Part shown: piece by piece, positions 20,206-29,357 of the stretch
How positions within the stretch are numbered: position 1 is the stretch's first letter
How the letters are laid out: the number at the start of each line of letters is the position of its first letter
NCBI RefSeq assembly: GCF_029892605.1
Contig: NZ_JARXWF010000008.1
Coordinates: 1-64,000, forward strand
Direction: 5' to 3'
Length of the DNA stretch: 64,000 nt
Source of the DNA: Parabacteroides sp. PM6-13
GTDB taxonomy: Bacteria > Bacteroidota > Bacteroidia > Bacteroidales > Tannerellaceae
The notes under the pieces: model-generated
Told to the model about the DNA's origin: nothing
The model's input: only the letters and a program-made list of their open reading frames with translations
The model's database searches: none
Translations under genes and position numbers: made by a program

Positions 20206-20484
20206 TTATTTATTGCTGTTCCTCCCATCCCAATACTCTTGTATTTTCTTCCTATTGTCCTCTCGTTTCTCTTCATACTTCTTGTTGTCTTCATCTATAA
20301 ACGCTTGGAGCAAGTGAAAAACCACCGAAAGTTTCTCCGTGAAATCAGAAGGGAGTTCACTGCGCCATTGGTAGGCCATAATAGCCATAAATATCTTGCC
20401 ACGTTCGGAATCTGTTAGTATGGAGAGAATTGTCTCAAATTGCTCACGAACGAGTAAGGGTGGTTGTTTAGGTTTATTTGCCAT
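20206..20484 (-). CDS. hypothetical protein
   Basis: 92-aa ORF. Confidence 0.4.
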   Translation of the reverse strand: MANKPKQPPLLVREQFETILSILTDSERGKIFMAIMAYQWRSELPSDFTEKLSVVFHLLQAFIDEDNKKYEEKREDNRKKIQEYWDGRNSNK

Positions 20485-20485
20485 C

Positions 20486-20767
20486 TTATCGCCCTCCTTT
20501 AACCTTAAAGTACCACACTTTATTTTCTTTACTTATTGGGCAAATTCCCTGATGCGTCCGCTCGATCAGTCCGTCATCTTCCAACTGCCGGATAAGTCTT
20601 GTACAGTTAGGCCGGGTTATGCCTGTCGCCTCTGCTGCGTGGTAAGTAGTAGAATGATTGTCAATAAAGAAGGCAAATAAGGCTTGCTTTTGCAAACGGA
20701 TTCGTTTATCTTTGTGGTGATCTTCTTGCCCTTGCTGCCCGGCGGGGCTTTCTTTTTTTAGTTTCAT
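20486..20767 (-). CDS. HTH DNA-binding protein (winged-helix/MarR-like)
   Basis: FFIDNHSTTYHAAEATGITRPNCTRLIRQLEDDGLIER is an HTH. 93 aa. Confidence 0.5.
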   Translation of the reverse strand: MKLKKESPAGQQGQEDHHKDKRIRLQKQALFAFFIDNHSTTYHAAEATGITRPNCTRLIRQLEDDGLIERTHQGICPISKENKVWYFKVKGGR

Positions 20768-21066
20768 GCCCTGCGCCCTCCTTCTTTACGTCCAGCTAAC
20801 TCAAGTGCTAGCTCGGCATCAACTACAATCTTGCGCCCTATCTGCTTAATTGCTTTGTCTATTTTCCCGCTTGCCTTGATCCGGCTTGCGGTAGGAATAG
20901 AACAGTTAAATAGTCGGGCAATTCCAGATACACCATAGACATATTGTTTCTCTTGTGCTGTTTGAGCATTCACGTTCTGTCTAAAGTTTCCATGCTCCTG
21001 CAAGAAAAGAAACTCTTCACCAGTCATTTGCCAAATTGGTTTGGCTCTTAATTCTACAATATTCAT
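20764..21066 (-). CDS. excisionase-like HTH protein (MerR/HTH_17-like)
   Basis: VYGVSGIARLFNCSIPTASRIKASGKIDKAI is a phage excisionase-type HTH. 100 aa, overlapping the upstream ORF. Confidence 0.5.
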   Translation of the reverse strand: MNIVELRAKPIWQMTGEEFLFLQEHGNFRQNVNAQTAQEKQYVYGVSGIARLFNCSIPTASRIKASGKIDKAIKQIGRKIVVDAELALELAGRKEGGRRA

Positions 21067-21274
21067 AATCTACTTTTTTATTATCGTTAATTACTTGGTG
21101 CGTCCACCTGTTAGTAATCGATTACGATAGCAAATGTATAATTCCGAGTATCAGTAGAAAAGGAAGAATTGTGGGAATAAATATAAAAACAAAAAAGGCT
21201 AACTATCAATGTGTTAACCTTGCGTTTTTTGTGATTTGGGAAAGATTGTTTGGCGGTTTGGGAATATTTATGAA

Positions 21275-22237
21275 TTATTTTGATTCCTCGTAGTATTTGG
21301 TGATTGTGTTTTTAAAGGTTTTTGGGAAGCTATCTTCTAATAGTTTAATCTTTTTCACATTATTACTGTCTTTATTTACTTGTGGAAACACCCCTGAATC
21401 TATTAGTGGCATTACCGTTTTTGCGATAATATCCGCCGTTACACCTTTCTTTATTTTTAGTTTATCAAGAGTATATCCATGTTCTAAAAATTGCTTTATG
21501 GTTTCTTTGTTGTCATCACAAATAAATTGTAACTCAGTAATATGCTTTGATATATCCCTTGGCTCTTTCTTTGACTTAGGTAGAACCCTGTATTTGTCAT
21601 ATGATCCGAAGTTTTCTTCATAGTCACTATTTTCTTTTAAGATGTCTACTATGTCGATATCGAAATGAGCATAAATTGATGAAATGTCATAAAGAATTTG
21701 TTCTATGTCATTTGTTAAAAAAGTAACGTGATATCCGTTTTTTTCTAATGTTTCCAAACTGAGATAGGAGCAATATAATAGAGCATCTAACTGCTTTGCA
21801 AATAATTTAGCATATAAGATGCGATTGTGATGAGATTCTATTTTTAGCAGTTTCTCTGTTAGGTTTTTCTCCAATGCTAACCCTACTTTATAATTGAGAC
21901 CCTCGACAATTTTCCCCTCTATGTAGTAGAATCTTGATTTAGCATCCTCTATTTTCTTACGGAATGCGCTGGGCTTTTTTTTGCTTACGTCTGGCATTCG
22001 ATGTTTGGCTTCGTCCGAGTCAAGATATTTAAGATGTTCGTCCATGTTGAGAAGCTTCCACAATACGTCTGGATTTTTCATAAAAAAAACATAGTGCTGT
22101 ATTTGCTTATCCAGTAGCTTTACAATCGTGCGATAAAGGAAGCCATAAAATCCCTTTTGGTTTTTATAACGATCATAATGAAAGGCGTCATCGATTAGAA
22201 CATTTATTTCATCAAATACATATTCTAAATATTTCAT
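21275..22237 (-). CDS. AT-rich hypothetical protein (element cargo gene next to integrase)
   Basis: 320 aa, Lys/Ile/Tyr-rich with no recognisable motif. Clearly lower GC than its neighbours. Overlaps the integrase stop by 4 nt. Confidence 0.5.
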   Translation of the reverse strand: MKYLEYVFDEINVLIDDAFHYDRYKNQKGFYGFLYRTIVKLLDKQIQHYVFFMKNPDVLWKLLNMDEHLKYLDSDEAKHRMPDVSKKKPSAFRKKIEDAKSRFYYIEGKIVEGLNYKVGLALEKNLTEKLLKIESHHNRILYAKLFAKQLDALLYCSYLSLETLEKNGYHVTFLTNDIEQILYDISSIYAHFDIDIVDILKENSDYEENFGSYDKYRVLPKSKKEPRDISKHITELQFICDDNKETIKQFLEHGYTLDKLKIKKGVTADIIAKTVMPLIDSGVFPQVNKDSNNVKKIKLLEDSFPKTFKNTITKYYEESK

Positions 22238-23565
22238 ATTCCATCAAATTTACTCATTGCACTTGCTTTTATCTCATCCGCTATGTCTATGTACGGCTTC
22301 ATTGCTTTGTAGTCGCTATGCCCTGTCCACTTCATTACAACTTGTGCCGGGATACCTAATGACAACGCATTACAGATAAATGTTCGTCGTCCGCAATGCG
22401 TACCGATTAAAGCGTACTTGGGTGTAACCTCATCTATACGTTCATTTCCTTTATAGTATGTTTCCCGGATTGGTTCGTTTAGTTCTGCCAGCTCACAAAG
22501 CTCTTTTAGGAACTCATTCATCTTTTGGTTACTGATAACCGGCAGCACTTTACTATTAGGTAAATGCACGTCTTTGTACTTCTCCAGTATTGCCCGGCTA
22601 TGACTATTCAGCTCAATGATGAGGCTATCGGCTGTTTTTACGGTTGTTATTTCGATATGGTCCTCTTTCACATCACTACGTTTGAGGTTGTACACATCGG
22701 AATACCGTAGGCCGGTGAAGCATTGGAACAGGAATACATCCCGGACACGTTCAAGGTATTGTTTACCTTCCGGTATCTTATATTCTCTAAGCTGGGTAAG
22801 TTCTTTCCATGTGAGGAAGATTATCTTCTTTTTAGTCGTTTTCAATTTCGGCTTGAACGCCTCGAAAGAAGTGTTTTCGCAATGTCCTTTAGAAACTGCC
22901 CAGCGAAGGAACCATTTTAATAGATTGATCTGTTTTTCTATGGTGCTATTCCTCATCCCCACACTATAAAGGTAAGACACATATTCTCGAAGTACATTTT
23001 CATTCAACCTATCAAAGGTTAATCCAGGATCAAAATCTTTTATGTGTCCTTTTACTACATTGAGTTTTTTTATAGTTCCTAATGCCCAGTTGTTCTGCTC
23101 CCCACATTCAGCCATAAAGAGGTCAAAGTACAGATGAATGTTTTTTTGTTCTTGTCTATCATCGCCATTTTTCTTCCCAAAAGCATCTTTTAATTGATCC
23201 GGTGTCGGCGTCGTATCCTGTACCTCAAACTCCTTAAAGACAGCCTCTATTTTAGAATATAGATCCGATAGATCCGAGTTGATTTCGGACGCACTTTGTT
23301 TAAGTTTATTTGTACATCCTTTTTTTACTCGCTGTTTATCCAAATCCCATTTTGGCGCATCAATTCGGTAGCCGGTGGTAAACTCTATTCGGTTGCCACA
23401 ATAGACTACACGCATACGGATAGGCACATTCTCTGTAATAGGAATACCGTTTTTCTTTCGGCTTTCAAGTGAAAAGACTATATTTCGCTTTATATTCATG
23501 GGTGCAAAAGTGGGTGTAAAATTAAATCCACACCCAAAAGTACACCCATTTTTTGAGATATGCAA
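22234..23565 (-). CDS. int: site-specific tyrosine integrase
   Basis: 443 aa. N-terminal SAM-like and core-binding region plus a C-terminal catalytic domain (HCGRRTF, RYSDVYNLK) typical of Bacteroides phage/CTn integrases. Adjacent to attR. Confidence 0.9.
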   Translation of the reverse strand: MHISKNGCTFGCGFNFTPTFAPMNIKRNIVFSLESRKKNGIPITENVPIRMRVVYCGNRIEFTTGYRIDAPKWDLDKQRVKKGCTNKLKQSASEINSDLSDLYSKIEAVFKEFEVQDTTPTPDQLKDAFGKKNGDDRQEQKNIHLYFDLFMAECGEQNNWALGTIKKLNVVKGHIKDFDPGLTFDRLNENVLREYVSYLYSVGMRNSTIEKQINLLKWFLRWAVSKGHCENTSFEAFKPKLKTTKKKIIFLTWKELTQLREYKIPEGKQYLERVRDVFLFQCFTGLRYSDVYNLKRSDVKEDHIEITTVKTADSLIIELNSHSRAILEKYKDVHLPNSKVLPVISNQKMNEFLKELCELAELNEPIRETYYKGNERIDEVTPKYALIGTHCGRRTFICNALSLGIPAQVVMKWTGHSDYKAMKPYIDIADEIKASAMSKFDGI

Positions 23566-23668
23566 CGATATTCTAATATATTTTATTTATCTTTGCGCTT
23601 CATAAAAGGCTGGTTAATAGCGTGATTTTAAGATGATATGATATTTTGCAATATAAAAGGTTAAAGAG

Positions 23669-23685
23669 CGATATGCTCCACAAAT
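23669..23685. repeat. attR core (cgatatgctccacaaat)
   Basis: Perfect 17-bp direct repeat of 9391..9407. Confidence 0.8.
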
Positions 23686-23715
23686 CATCAAAAAAGGAGG
23701 CTTTCTTTCGAAAGT

Positions 23716-23766
23716 CTCCTTTTTTGATTACCTCTTCCTGCGGATAAACAGCACTGTCAGGGCGAC
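23716..23766. repeat. 51-bp direct repeat copy 1 (ctccttttttgattacctcttcctgcggataaacagcactgtcagggcgac)
   Basis: 50/51 identical to 24274..24324. Begins with the descending arm of a terminator-like hairpin (aaaaaaggaggctttctttcgaaagtctcctttttt). Confidence 0.8.
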
Positions 23767-23919
23767 AAATAAGGCTCACTCCCAAAAGCAAAACCCCACA
23801 ATAGCATTTGTAAAAACAAAAAACATATTGTATATTTGTACTTAATATGACCTCCCACGCTTCCCGTCAGAACAGCGCACCCGGGGAGGTCTTCGAGTTT
23901 CTATATCATTCCTACTACT

Positions 23920-24270
23920 ATGAAATACATTAAGCAACCTCTCTCCATTCAGCAGCAAATAGACAAACTAAAATCCAGAGGATTGATCATTGATAATGAA
24001 GAAATTGCAGCTGGCTATCTATCGAATATTAGCTATTATCGCTTAAGAGCTTACACCTATCCATTCCAAAACAATACAGATGAAGAAAAAGATCACCACT
24101 TCACTCGAAGCGATATACATTTCAGAGACATCCTTGACATAATCAGCCCTCAGAGTGATTTCAAGAAAAATCTTATTAGCATTATTCAAGACGGTGGGAA
24201 TTTATTAAAAATCAAAGATATGGGATTCCCTGAAAACTGGGCACATCTTGATGTGTGGAAAGAAATATAA
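23920..24270 (+). pseudogene. Abi_2 (AbiD/AbiF-like) abortive-infection protein, N-terminal fragment only
   Basis: IQQQIDKLKSRGLIIDNEEIAAGYLSNISYYRLRAYTYPF matches the Abi_2 family N-terminus. The ORF stops at 116 aa against about 300 aa for the family. Confidence 0.5.
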
Positions 24271-24273
24271 AGC

Positions 24274-24324
24274 CTCCTTTTTTAATTACCTCTTCCTGCG
24301 GATAAACAGCACTGTCAGGGCGAC
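24274..24324. repeat. 51-bp direct repeat copy 2
   Basis: See 23716..23766. Starts 3 nt after the Abi fragment stop codon. Confidence 0.8.
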
Positions 24325-24369
24325 GAAGAAACAAACCACCACCAAACATTGGGGGATAAAGTCTACTTA

Positions 24370-25077
24370 TCAAGCATTCATTTTCTGCTTATTCTTGTCA
24401 TAAGGGGTTTCGCAATATTCACAAAAAGGTGCGGTAGTGCCATCATAGACAACTTCATTAAAAGCTCCACAAGCTTTACAGTCCCAGGAAATAACTTGCT
24501 CTAAGGCGATTGGTTTCTTCAAATTATTCATATTAAAAAAGAAATTCACATAATCTTCTGATGGGGAAAGAGTTAGTATCCCACAATCCTGAAAATCCTG
24601 CAGAATGGGCCAAAGTTTTTCAAAAGAATATTTTTCTCCTTTATGATTTATCTGAAAAGTATGTTTGTTGATCCTATTCTTCTCCAATTTCAAAATTTCT
24701 AATAAAGAATCTGCCAAAGATGTATATTGTTTATATTTCCCATATTCGATTAACATGAAAAAACCTGCGATCACCCACGAAAGAACCATTGAACGGGGAA
24801 GATACTCTTCAAAAGAGCTAAAAGAAATACCCTCCTCTTTCAGAGGCAAAAACAGGCAAAAGCCAATAGTAAATATCAAAAAACCCCAGAACAGAGAGGA
24901 GCCCAATGATATTTTATCTGTAATCAAAAACCGGGGGACCTTGCGTAAAGAATTCTTTGAGAAGGCCCGATATATAGCGACCAACGCACCTAAAGGGGCA
25001 AAAATAATGGAGAATAAATACATCAAGATAGCACCTATCCCTACTTTATGCACTATTACAAATTTATTTAACATCAT
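24370..25077 (-). CDS. membrane protein with C-terminal zinc ribbon (partner of SPFH/COG4260 protein)
   Basis: Three to four hydrophobic helices. C-terminal CKACGAFN...CEYCETPYDK zinc ribbon. Tightly linked to the upstream gene. Start trimmed to an internal Met to avoid overlap. Confidence 0.5.
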   Translation of the reverse strand: MMLNKFVIVHKVGIGAILMYLFSIIFAPLGALVAIYRAFSKNSLRKVPRFLITDKISLGSSLFWGFLIFTIGFCLFLPLKEEGISFSSFEEYLPRSMVLSWVIAGFFMLIEYGKYKQYTSLADSLLEILKLEKNRINKHTFQINHKGEKYSFEKLWPILQDFQDCGILTLSPSEDYVNFFFNMNNLKKPIALEQVISWDCKACGAFNEVVYDGTTAPFCEYCETPYDKNKQKMNA

Positions 25078-25085
25078 ATTTCCGT

Positions 25086-26384
25086 TTATCTCAAATGGGT
25101 TCCACAAGTGGAACAATATTTTGATTCTGAGTCAGTCGCTTTCCCGCAATTAGGACATTCCTTTTCCAATTTTTCCCCACACTCCGGACAAAACTTACCT
25201 CCGGGACTAAGAGTAAAATTACATACAGGACATTTTTTAGGCATAGCACCACCACATTTGGTACATATCATATTGTTTTCATCATTATCTGCACCACATG
25301 TAGGACAAGGATAATACAAATCTCCGCAGTCAGGGCAATATTTTGAATTCCGAAAAATTTTCCCGCCACATTTATTGCAAATAGTAGTGGCCGTTTTTTC
25401 TACTGCTGAAGCAGAGGCTATACCTTTACCACAGATGGGGCAAAAATGATAATGATCCGATATGGAGGCATTACAATAGGAACATGCTCTCTGTTTTCCG
25501 ACTACTTGTTGATTTACATTTTGCATCATGCCACCAACAGCACCTCCTACCCCAAATCCCATACCTAAACCCATACCTGCATTCATGACAGAACCGGTTA
25601 TTCCTTCATTTTTTGAGGCATTCTCCAGCACATCAAATGAACGTTGTTCTTGATAATTAAACCCCAAAAGATCCATTTCGGCTTTTCTGGATAATAATTG
25701 TTTTAAGTGATTTACAGCCGTATCCTCTTCAGGAATGCTAATAGAATTCGTATAAAAATTCAATAACTTAACGCCATACTCTTCGAATAAACGTTCAATA
25801 TCCTTTTTAATATGCTGAGATATATCAAGCAGGTTTGCCGAGATTTCTAACAAGCTGATCTTCTCTTCAAGTATTTTCTTTGATATGGAAGATTGTATAT
25901 GGCTTAACAATATCCCCCTGAAACACTGTATTAAATTCCTACTATTAAACGAAGGCAACGTACCAACCAGTTTTATCAAAAAAGATTCCGCATCAGAGAT
26001 CTGAATACCCATTTGTCCATTAGCCCGTACCGGAACCATTACCCCATAGACGGGATCTTTCAATTGGATAGGTATAGGTGTCCCCCATTTCACATCTAAA
26101 TTCATTACTTTATTTACAAACCAGACTTCAGCAGTAAAGGGGTTCTTTCCTCCAAAAGGGATGCCATAAAAATTTTCTAATAAAGGTATATTCTCGGTAG
26201 ATAAAACATGTTTTCCGGCAGAGAATTTTTGAAGCAATTTCCCCTTTCTAAACAGAACGGCCTCTTGGGATTCATTTACTATCAATTGTGTAAATGTTGT
26301 CAGGTTTTCCTCTGGAAATTTATAAGCAAAAATATCAGGAGTTCCATCCCATTTTACTACATCTATAAATGCCATAATGATCAT
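25086..26384 (-). CDS. SPFH/Band-7-like (COG4260 'virion core protein'-like) protein with Gly-rich linker and five C-terminal zinc ribbons
   Basis: N-terminus FIDVVKWDG...LIVNESQEAVLFRKGK...TENIPLL...PFTAEVWFVNKV...KWGT matches COG4260/SPFH. GMGLGMGFGVGG linker. Five CxxC-(n)-CxxC units. Start chosen at an internal Met; the upstream ORF extension crosses an IS-like repeat. Confidence 0.65.
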   Translation of the reverse strand: MIIMAFIDVVKWDGTPDIFAYKFPEENLTTFTQLIVNESQEAVLFRKGKLLQKFSAGKHVLSTENIPLLENFYGIPFGGKNPFTAEVWFVNKVMNLDVKWGTPIPIQLKDPVYGVMVPVRANGQMGIQISDAESFLIKLVGTLPSFNSRNLIQCFRGILLSHIQSSISKKILEEKISLLEISANLLDISQHIKKDIERLFEEYGVKLLNFYTNSISIPEEDTAVNHLKQLLSRKAEMDLLGFNYQEQRSFDVLENASKNEGITGSVMNAGMGLGMGFGVGGAVGGMMQNVNQQVVGKQRACSYCNASISDHYHFCPICGKGIASASAVEKTATTICNKCGGKIFRNSKYCPDCGDLYYPCPTCGADNDENNMICTKCGGAMPKKCPVCNFTLSPGGKFCPECGEKLEKECPNCGKATDSESKYCSTCGTHLR

Positions 26385-26462
26385 TTTATGAATTTGTCCA
26401 ACAAAAATAGAAAATAATTCGGGATCGAACACTCGTACGAAAGGGAATGACGCCTCCCATCC

Positions 26463-26532
26463 TGAACCGGCAGTTGAAACTGCCGGCAAGAGATAGGCCT
26501 GCGGCCACTCACTCTGTTCGCAGAGAAGAGAG
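26463..26532. repeat. solo IS-terminus-like repeat with palindrome ccggcagttgaaactgccgg (copy A)
   Basis: About 52 bp near-identical to 32004..32070 and related to the left terminus of the IS at 27511..27555. Confidence 0.7.
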
Positions 26533-26615
26533 ATGTGCACCATTTGGGAGAAAAAAACATCCATGACCTTGCGCATGCGACTAAAAATAGTTACATTTGT
26601 ATAAACAATCAAGCC

Positions 26616-26879
26616 ATGACAGCAAAAGACAAGTTGATAACTCGCTTTAAGACTTTGCCTAAAGACTTCACCTATGAGGAATTGTGCAAGCTCTTGAAAG
26701 GGTTTGGATTTGAGAAAAGCAACAAGGGTAAGACGTCTGGCTCTCGTGTCCGCTTTATTAACTCAGAAAGCAATACTATTATAGATTTGCACAAACCTCA
26801 TCCCGGTAGCACTATGAAAGAGGGAGCTTTGAAAGATGTTTATGTTAAGCTTGTTTTGAATGGTTTTATAAATAAATAA
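26616..26879 (+). CDS. hicA: type II toxin HicA family (mRNA interferase)
   Basis: GSRVRFINSESNTIIDLHKPHPGSTMKEGALKDVYVKL matches the HicA GSH...H motif. Followed by HicB. Confidence 0.65.
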   Translation: MTAKDKLITRFKTLPKDFTYEELCKLLKGFGFEKSNKGKTSGSRVRFINSESNTIIDLHKPHPGSTMKEGALKDVYVKLVLNGFINK

Positions 26880-26896
26880 TAGGAGGTGAAATTATT

Positions 26897-27241
26897 ATGG
26901 ATAATTTGGAATACAAAGGATACTTTGGAAGTGTCGAATATAACAAAACAGACGATTGCCTGGTTGGTAAAGTTCTTGGCATGAGCAAAGATTCTATCAC
27001 CTATGAGGGAAAGGATATTACAGAACTCAAAGCCGATTTTGAGGCAGGAATAGACAGCTATATTGAAGGATGTGAAGAATTAGGCATTAAGCCGAGAAAA
27101 GCCTTTAGCGGCTCTCTAAATGTGCGCATTTCATCCGAAATACATAGCCGGGTTGCTATGCTTGCGGAAAAAGCGGGTATTTCGATTAATGCTTTCATCA
27201 AAGAAACATTGGAGGAAAAAGTTTCAACTGCCGGCTTTTAA
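26897..27241 (+). CDS. hicB: type II antitoxin HicB family
   Basis: N-terminal HicB fold (YKGYFGSVEYNKTDDCLVGKV) and a C-terminal RHH-like DNA-binding tail (ISINAFIKETLEEK). Confidence 0.65.
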   Translation: MDNLEYKGYFGSVEYNKTDDCLVGKVLGMSKDSITYEGKDITELKADFEAGIDSYIEGCEELGIKPRKAFSGSLNVRISSEIHSRVAMLAEKAGISINAFIKETLEEKVSTAGF

Positions 27242-27510
27242 GTTTGCCATTCTCATAAATATGATCTATATACCCTCCTATATGGTCTATAAAGATCTCT
27301 TTCGAGTGGGCATATTTGCGGATATGCGTATAGAGTTCATACCGATGATGTGAGTTTTGCAAATAGGGAATCCTGTTTTTAGTAATCCAGACACAATGAA
27401 TAGGAATAGATAAGTAAGGCATAGTTTTTGGTTTTGTGTTAATGACATAAATATAGGAATAATATTGTTTAAACAAATTGCACACTATACACCTCTTTAG
27501 AGCAAGCGAA

Positions 27511-29333
27511 GCAAGTGGCCGCAGGCCTATCTTTTGCCGGCAGTTTCAGAGACTGTGTAAAAAACCATATTCACCATGCCTGCCTGTAGTGCTTGCGTAG
27601 TGTACACGCATAAAAAGATGAGAGCGTGAGCCACCGGTTCATTCTTAACAATAACCTTGTGTCTCATTTTTGAGGGAGAGCCTGCTTGGACAAATGATTT
27701 TCCAAAGTATATTTTGCTCTTTTCCGACAAAAAAGGCTCCCCAGAGTATGTTTTTTGCCTTTTGGGCATAATTTGCTATTCTTTCCAATAATTTGGACAT
27801 GTCTTCTATATTCATCAAGCGCTTGAGGTTATAGCAAGATGCGTACAAGTCTATTTCAGCCTGTACTTTTCTTTTGCCTGTCAATAGGAGTGGGACTTTG
27901 CCCATCCACCGTTTCATGGTTCCAAAAATATGTTCGATATGATCCTTCCTTTCTTTGATAAGAGCCTGGTATTTTTCTGTCTCCATGCGCTTCGCATATT
28001 CCTCCCGGAAGGGATCCTGTATCTTGACTTTCAGTCGCCTACCATTTCTAAATGTGGTACATCTTCCAAATAAAGCACAATGCCTGCAATCGGAGGCTTT
28101 AGCTTGATAAATAAGATATTCAGCACTCTCTTGCTTGACATTCTTTGGCTTGCGTTTCAATAATTTTCCTTTGCTGCAAGTGTAGCTATCTGTGGACTGG
28201 TCATATCTAAATTCAACGCCTGCTTTCTTGTCATGACTACTTGAGGTCCCTTCTTTCAATGGTATAGCGCAAGATGTTATCCCGTTTGATTCGATGGATT
28301 TGATTTGATCAATATTATCATATCCTTTATCGGCTTCTACTATTTCGGGAACAAGGCCCAGTTGCTCTTTGGTCTTGTTTACATTATTTTCAATACAGTC
28401 TAGGTCAATCACATCGGGAGTCAACTCGGCTAAAACAATCATTTTATGTTTAGCATCTGTTCCGCCTTGAAGGTTGTAAGCGGGAATAAATCCGTCCCGG
28501 CTTTTCATCAAGTGGGCATCCGGATCTGTAGGACAATAACTGCTATGATCACTCTGTTTGATTTGACTCTTAATTTCTTCCAGCTCTTTTATCTTTTGCC
28601 GCAGACTGACGATTTCTTCCAACAAAGATTTATTGATATCCGCGCTCAGTTCACAGCTATCGAGTGCTTCGGTCAGTTCGTCTGTGTGATCATTGTTGTT
28701 TAACTCAGAAAGCCAAGTATGTAATTGGTCTTCCATTTTCTTTATGCGACTAGACAATGCCTTCTCTGTTAAAACCTTTTCTTTAGAAACACATGCCTTT
28801 ATTTTACTCCCGTCATAAATAATCTTTTCTCCACTGATAAAACCTTCGTCGCGCAAAAAGCGGCGAAAACTCAGCGTTACGTAACGAATTGCTTCTGTAT
28901 TATCTTTACGATAGTCCGCAATTGTTTTATGGTCAGGGTGAAGATCATGCAACAACCATTTTACTTCGATATTGCGATAGGTTTCAGATTCCAATCGACG
29001 ACTACTGCTTATCCGATTTAAATAACCATACAGATACAGTTTCAGTAAATCACAAGGATGGTATGACTTACGACCTTTTTCTTTGGTGCCTCTATATTGA
29101 AACTTTTCCGGGGATTGCCCATAAAGCATCTCAACCAAAGCATCTATCAGGCGAACGTAATTCTGTTCACCGATACTCTCGTCAAGGGTATTGAAAAGAG
29201 AGGCTTGATGGCGAGAAACGCCAGTTTTGTAATGCATAGCTGTTGTTTGTTTGTCTGAATAAATGTAAGAAATTTTATCCAATTTAGCTAATTTGCCACA
29301 ATGCATTTTTACACAGTCTCTTCAACTGCCGGA
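27511..29333. mobile_element. IS1182-family insertion sequence
   Basis: Single 553-aa DDE transposase flanked by imperfect inverted termini (27511..27555 and 29311..29333, cacagtctct..aactgccgg). Confidence 0.65.
27645..29306 (-). CDS. IS1182-family transposase (DUF772 N-domain + DDE)
   Basis: SYHPCDLLKLYLYGYLNRISSSRRLE is the IS5/IS1182 N-terminal domain. DDE region downstream. Possible alternative start at Met24. Confidence 0.8.
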   Translation of the reverse strand: MHCGKLAKLDKISYIYSDKQTTAMHYKTGVSRHQASLFNTLDESIGEQNYVRLIDALVEMLYGQSPEKFQYRGTKEKGRKSYHPCDLLKLYLYGYLNRISSSRRLESETYRNIEVKWLLHDLHPDHKTIADYRKDNTEAIRYVTLSFRRFLRDEGFISGEKIIYDGSKIKACVSKEKVLTEKALSSRIKKMEDQLHTWLSELNNNDHTDELTEALDSCELSADINKSLLEEIVSLRQKIKELEEIKSQIKQSDHSSYCPTDPDAHLMKSRDGFIPAYNLQGGTDAKHKMIVLAELTPDVIDLDCIENNVNKTKEQLGLVPEIVEADKGYDNIDQIKSIESNGITSCAIPLKEGTSSSHDKKAGVEFRYDQSTDSYTCSKGKLLKRKPKNVKQESAEYLIYQAKASDCRHCALFGRCTTFRNGRRLKVKIQDPFREEYAKRMETEKYQALIKERKDHIEHIFGTMKRWMGKVPLLLTGKRKVQAEIDLYASCYNLKRLMNIEDMSKLLERIANYAQKAKNILWGAFFVGKEQNILWKIICPSRLSLKNETQGYC

Positions 29334-29357
29334 ATACAAAGAATAAAATAATGACGT

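Larger units (their letters stand above)
9403..23685. mobile_element. 14.3-kb tRNA-Ala-integrated element (phage-satellite / cryptic-prophage-like) bounded by 17-bp direct repeats
   Basis: tRNA 3' end duplicated at the far end. Integrase sits next to attR. Excisionase, XRE regulators, primase-like protein, VRR-NUC nuclease, tape-measure-domain protein and many small overlapping ORFs lie between. Confidence 0.8.

Noticed and set aside
20094-20418. 66-aa and 75-aa ORFs rich in His/Tyr or Ile/Leu
   Set aside because: Low-complexity translations of the AT-rich repeat region at the primase gene start. No support as genes.
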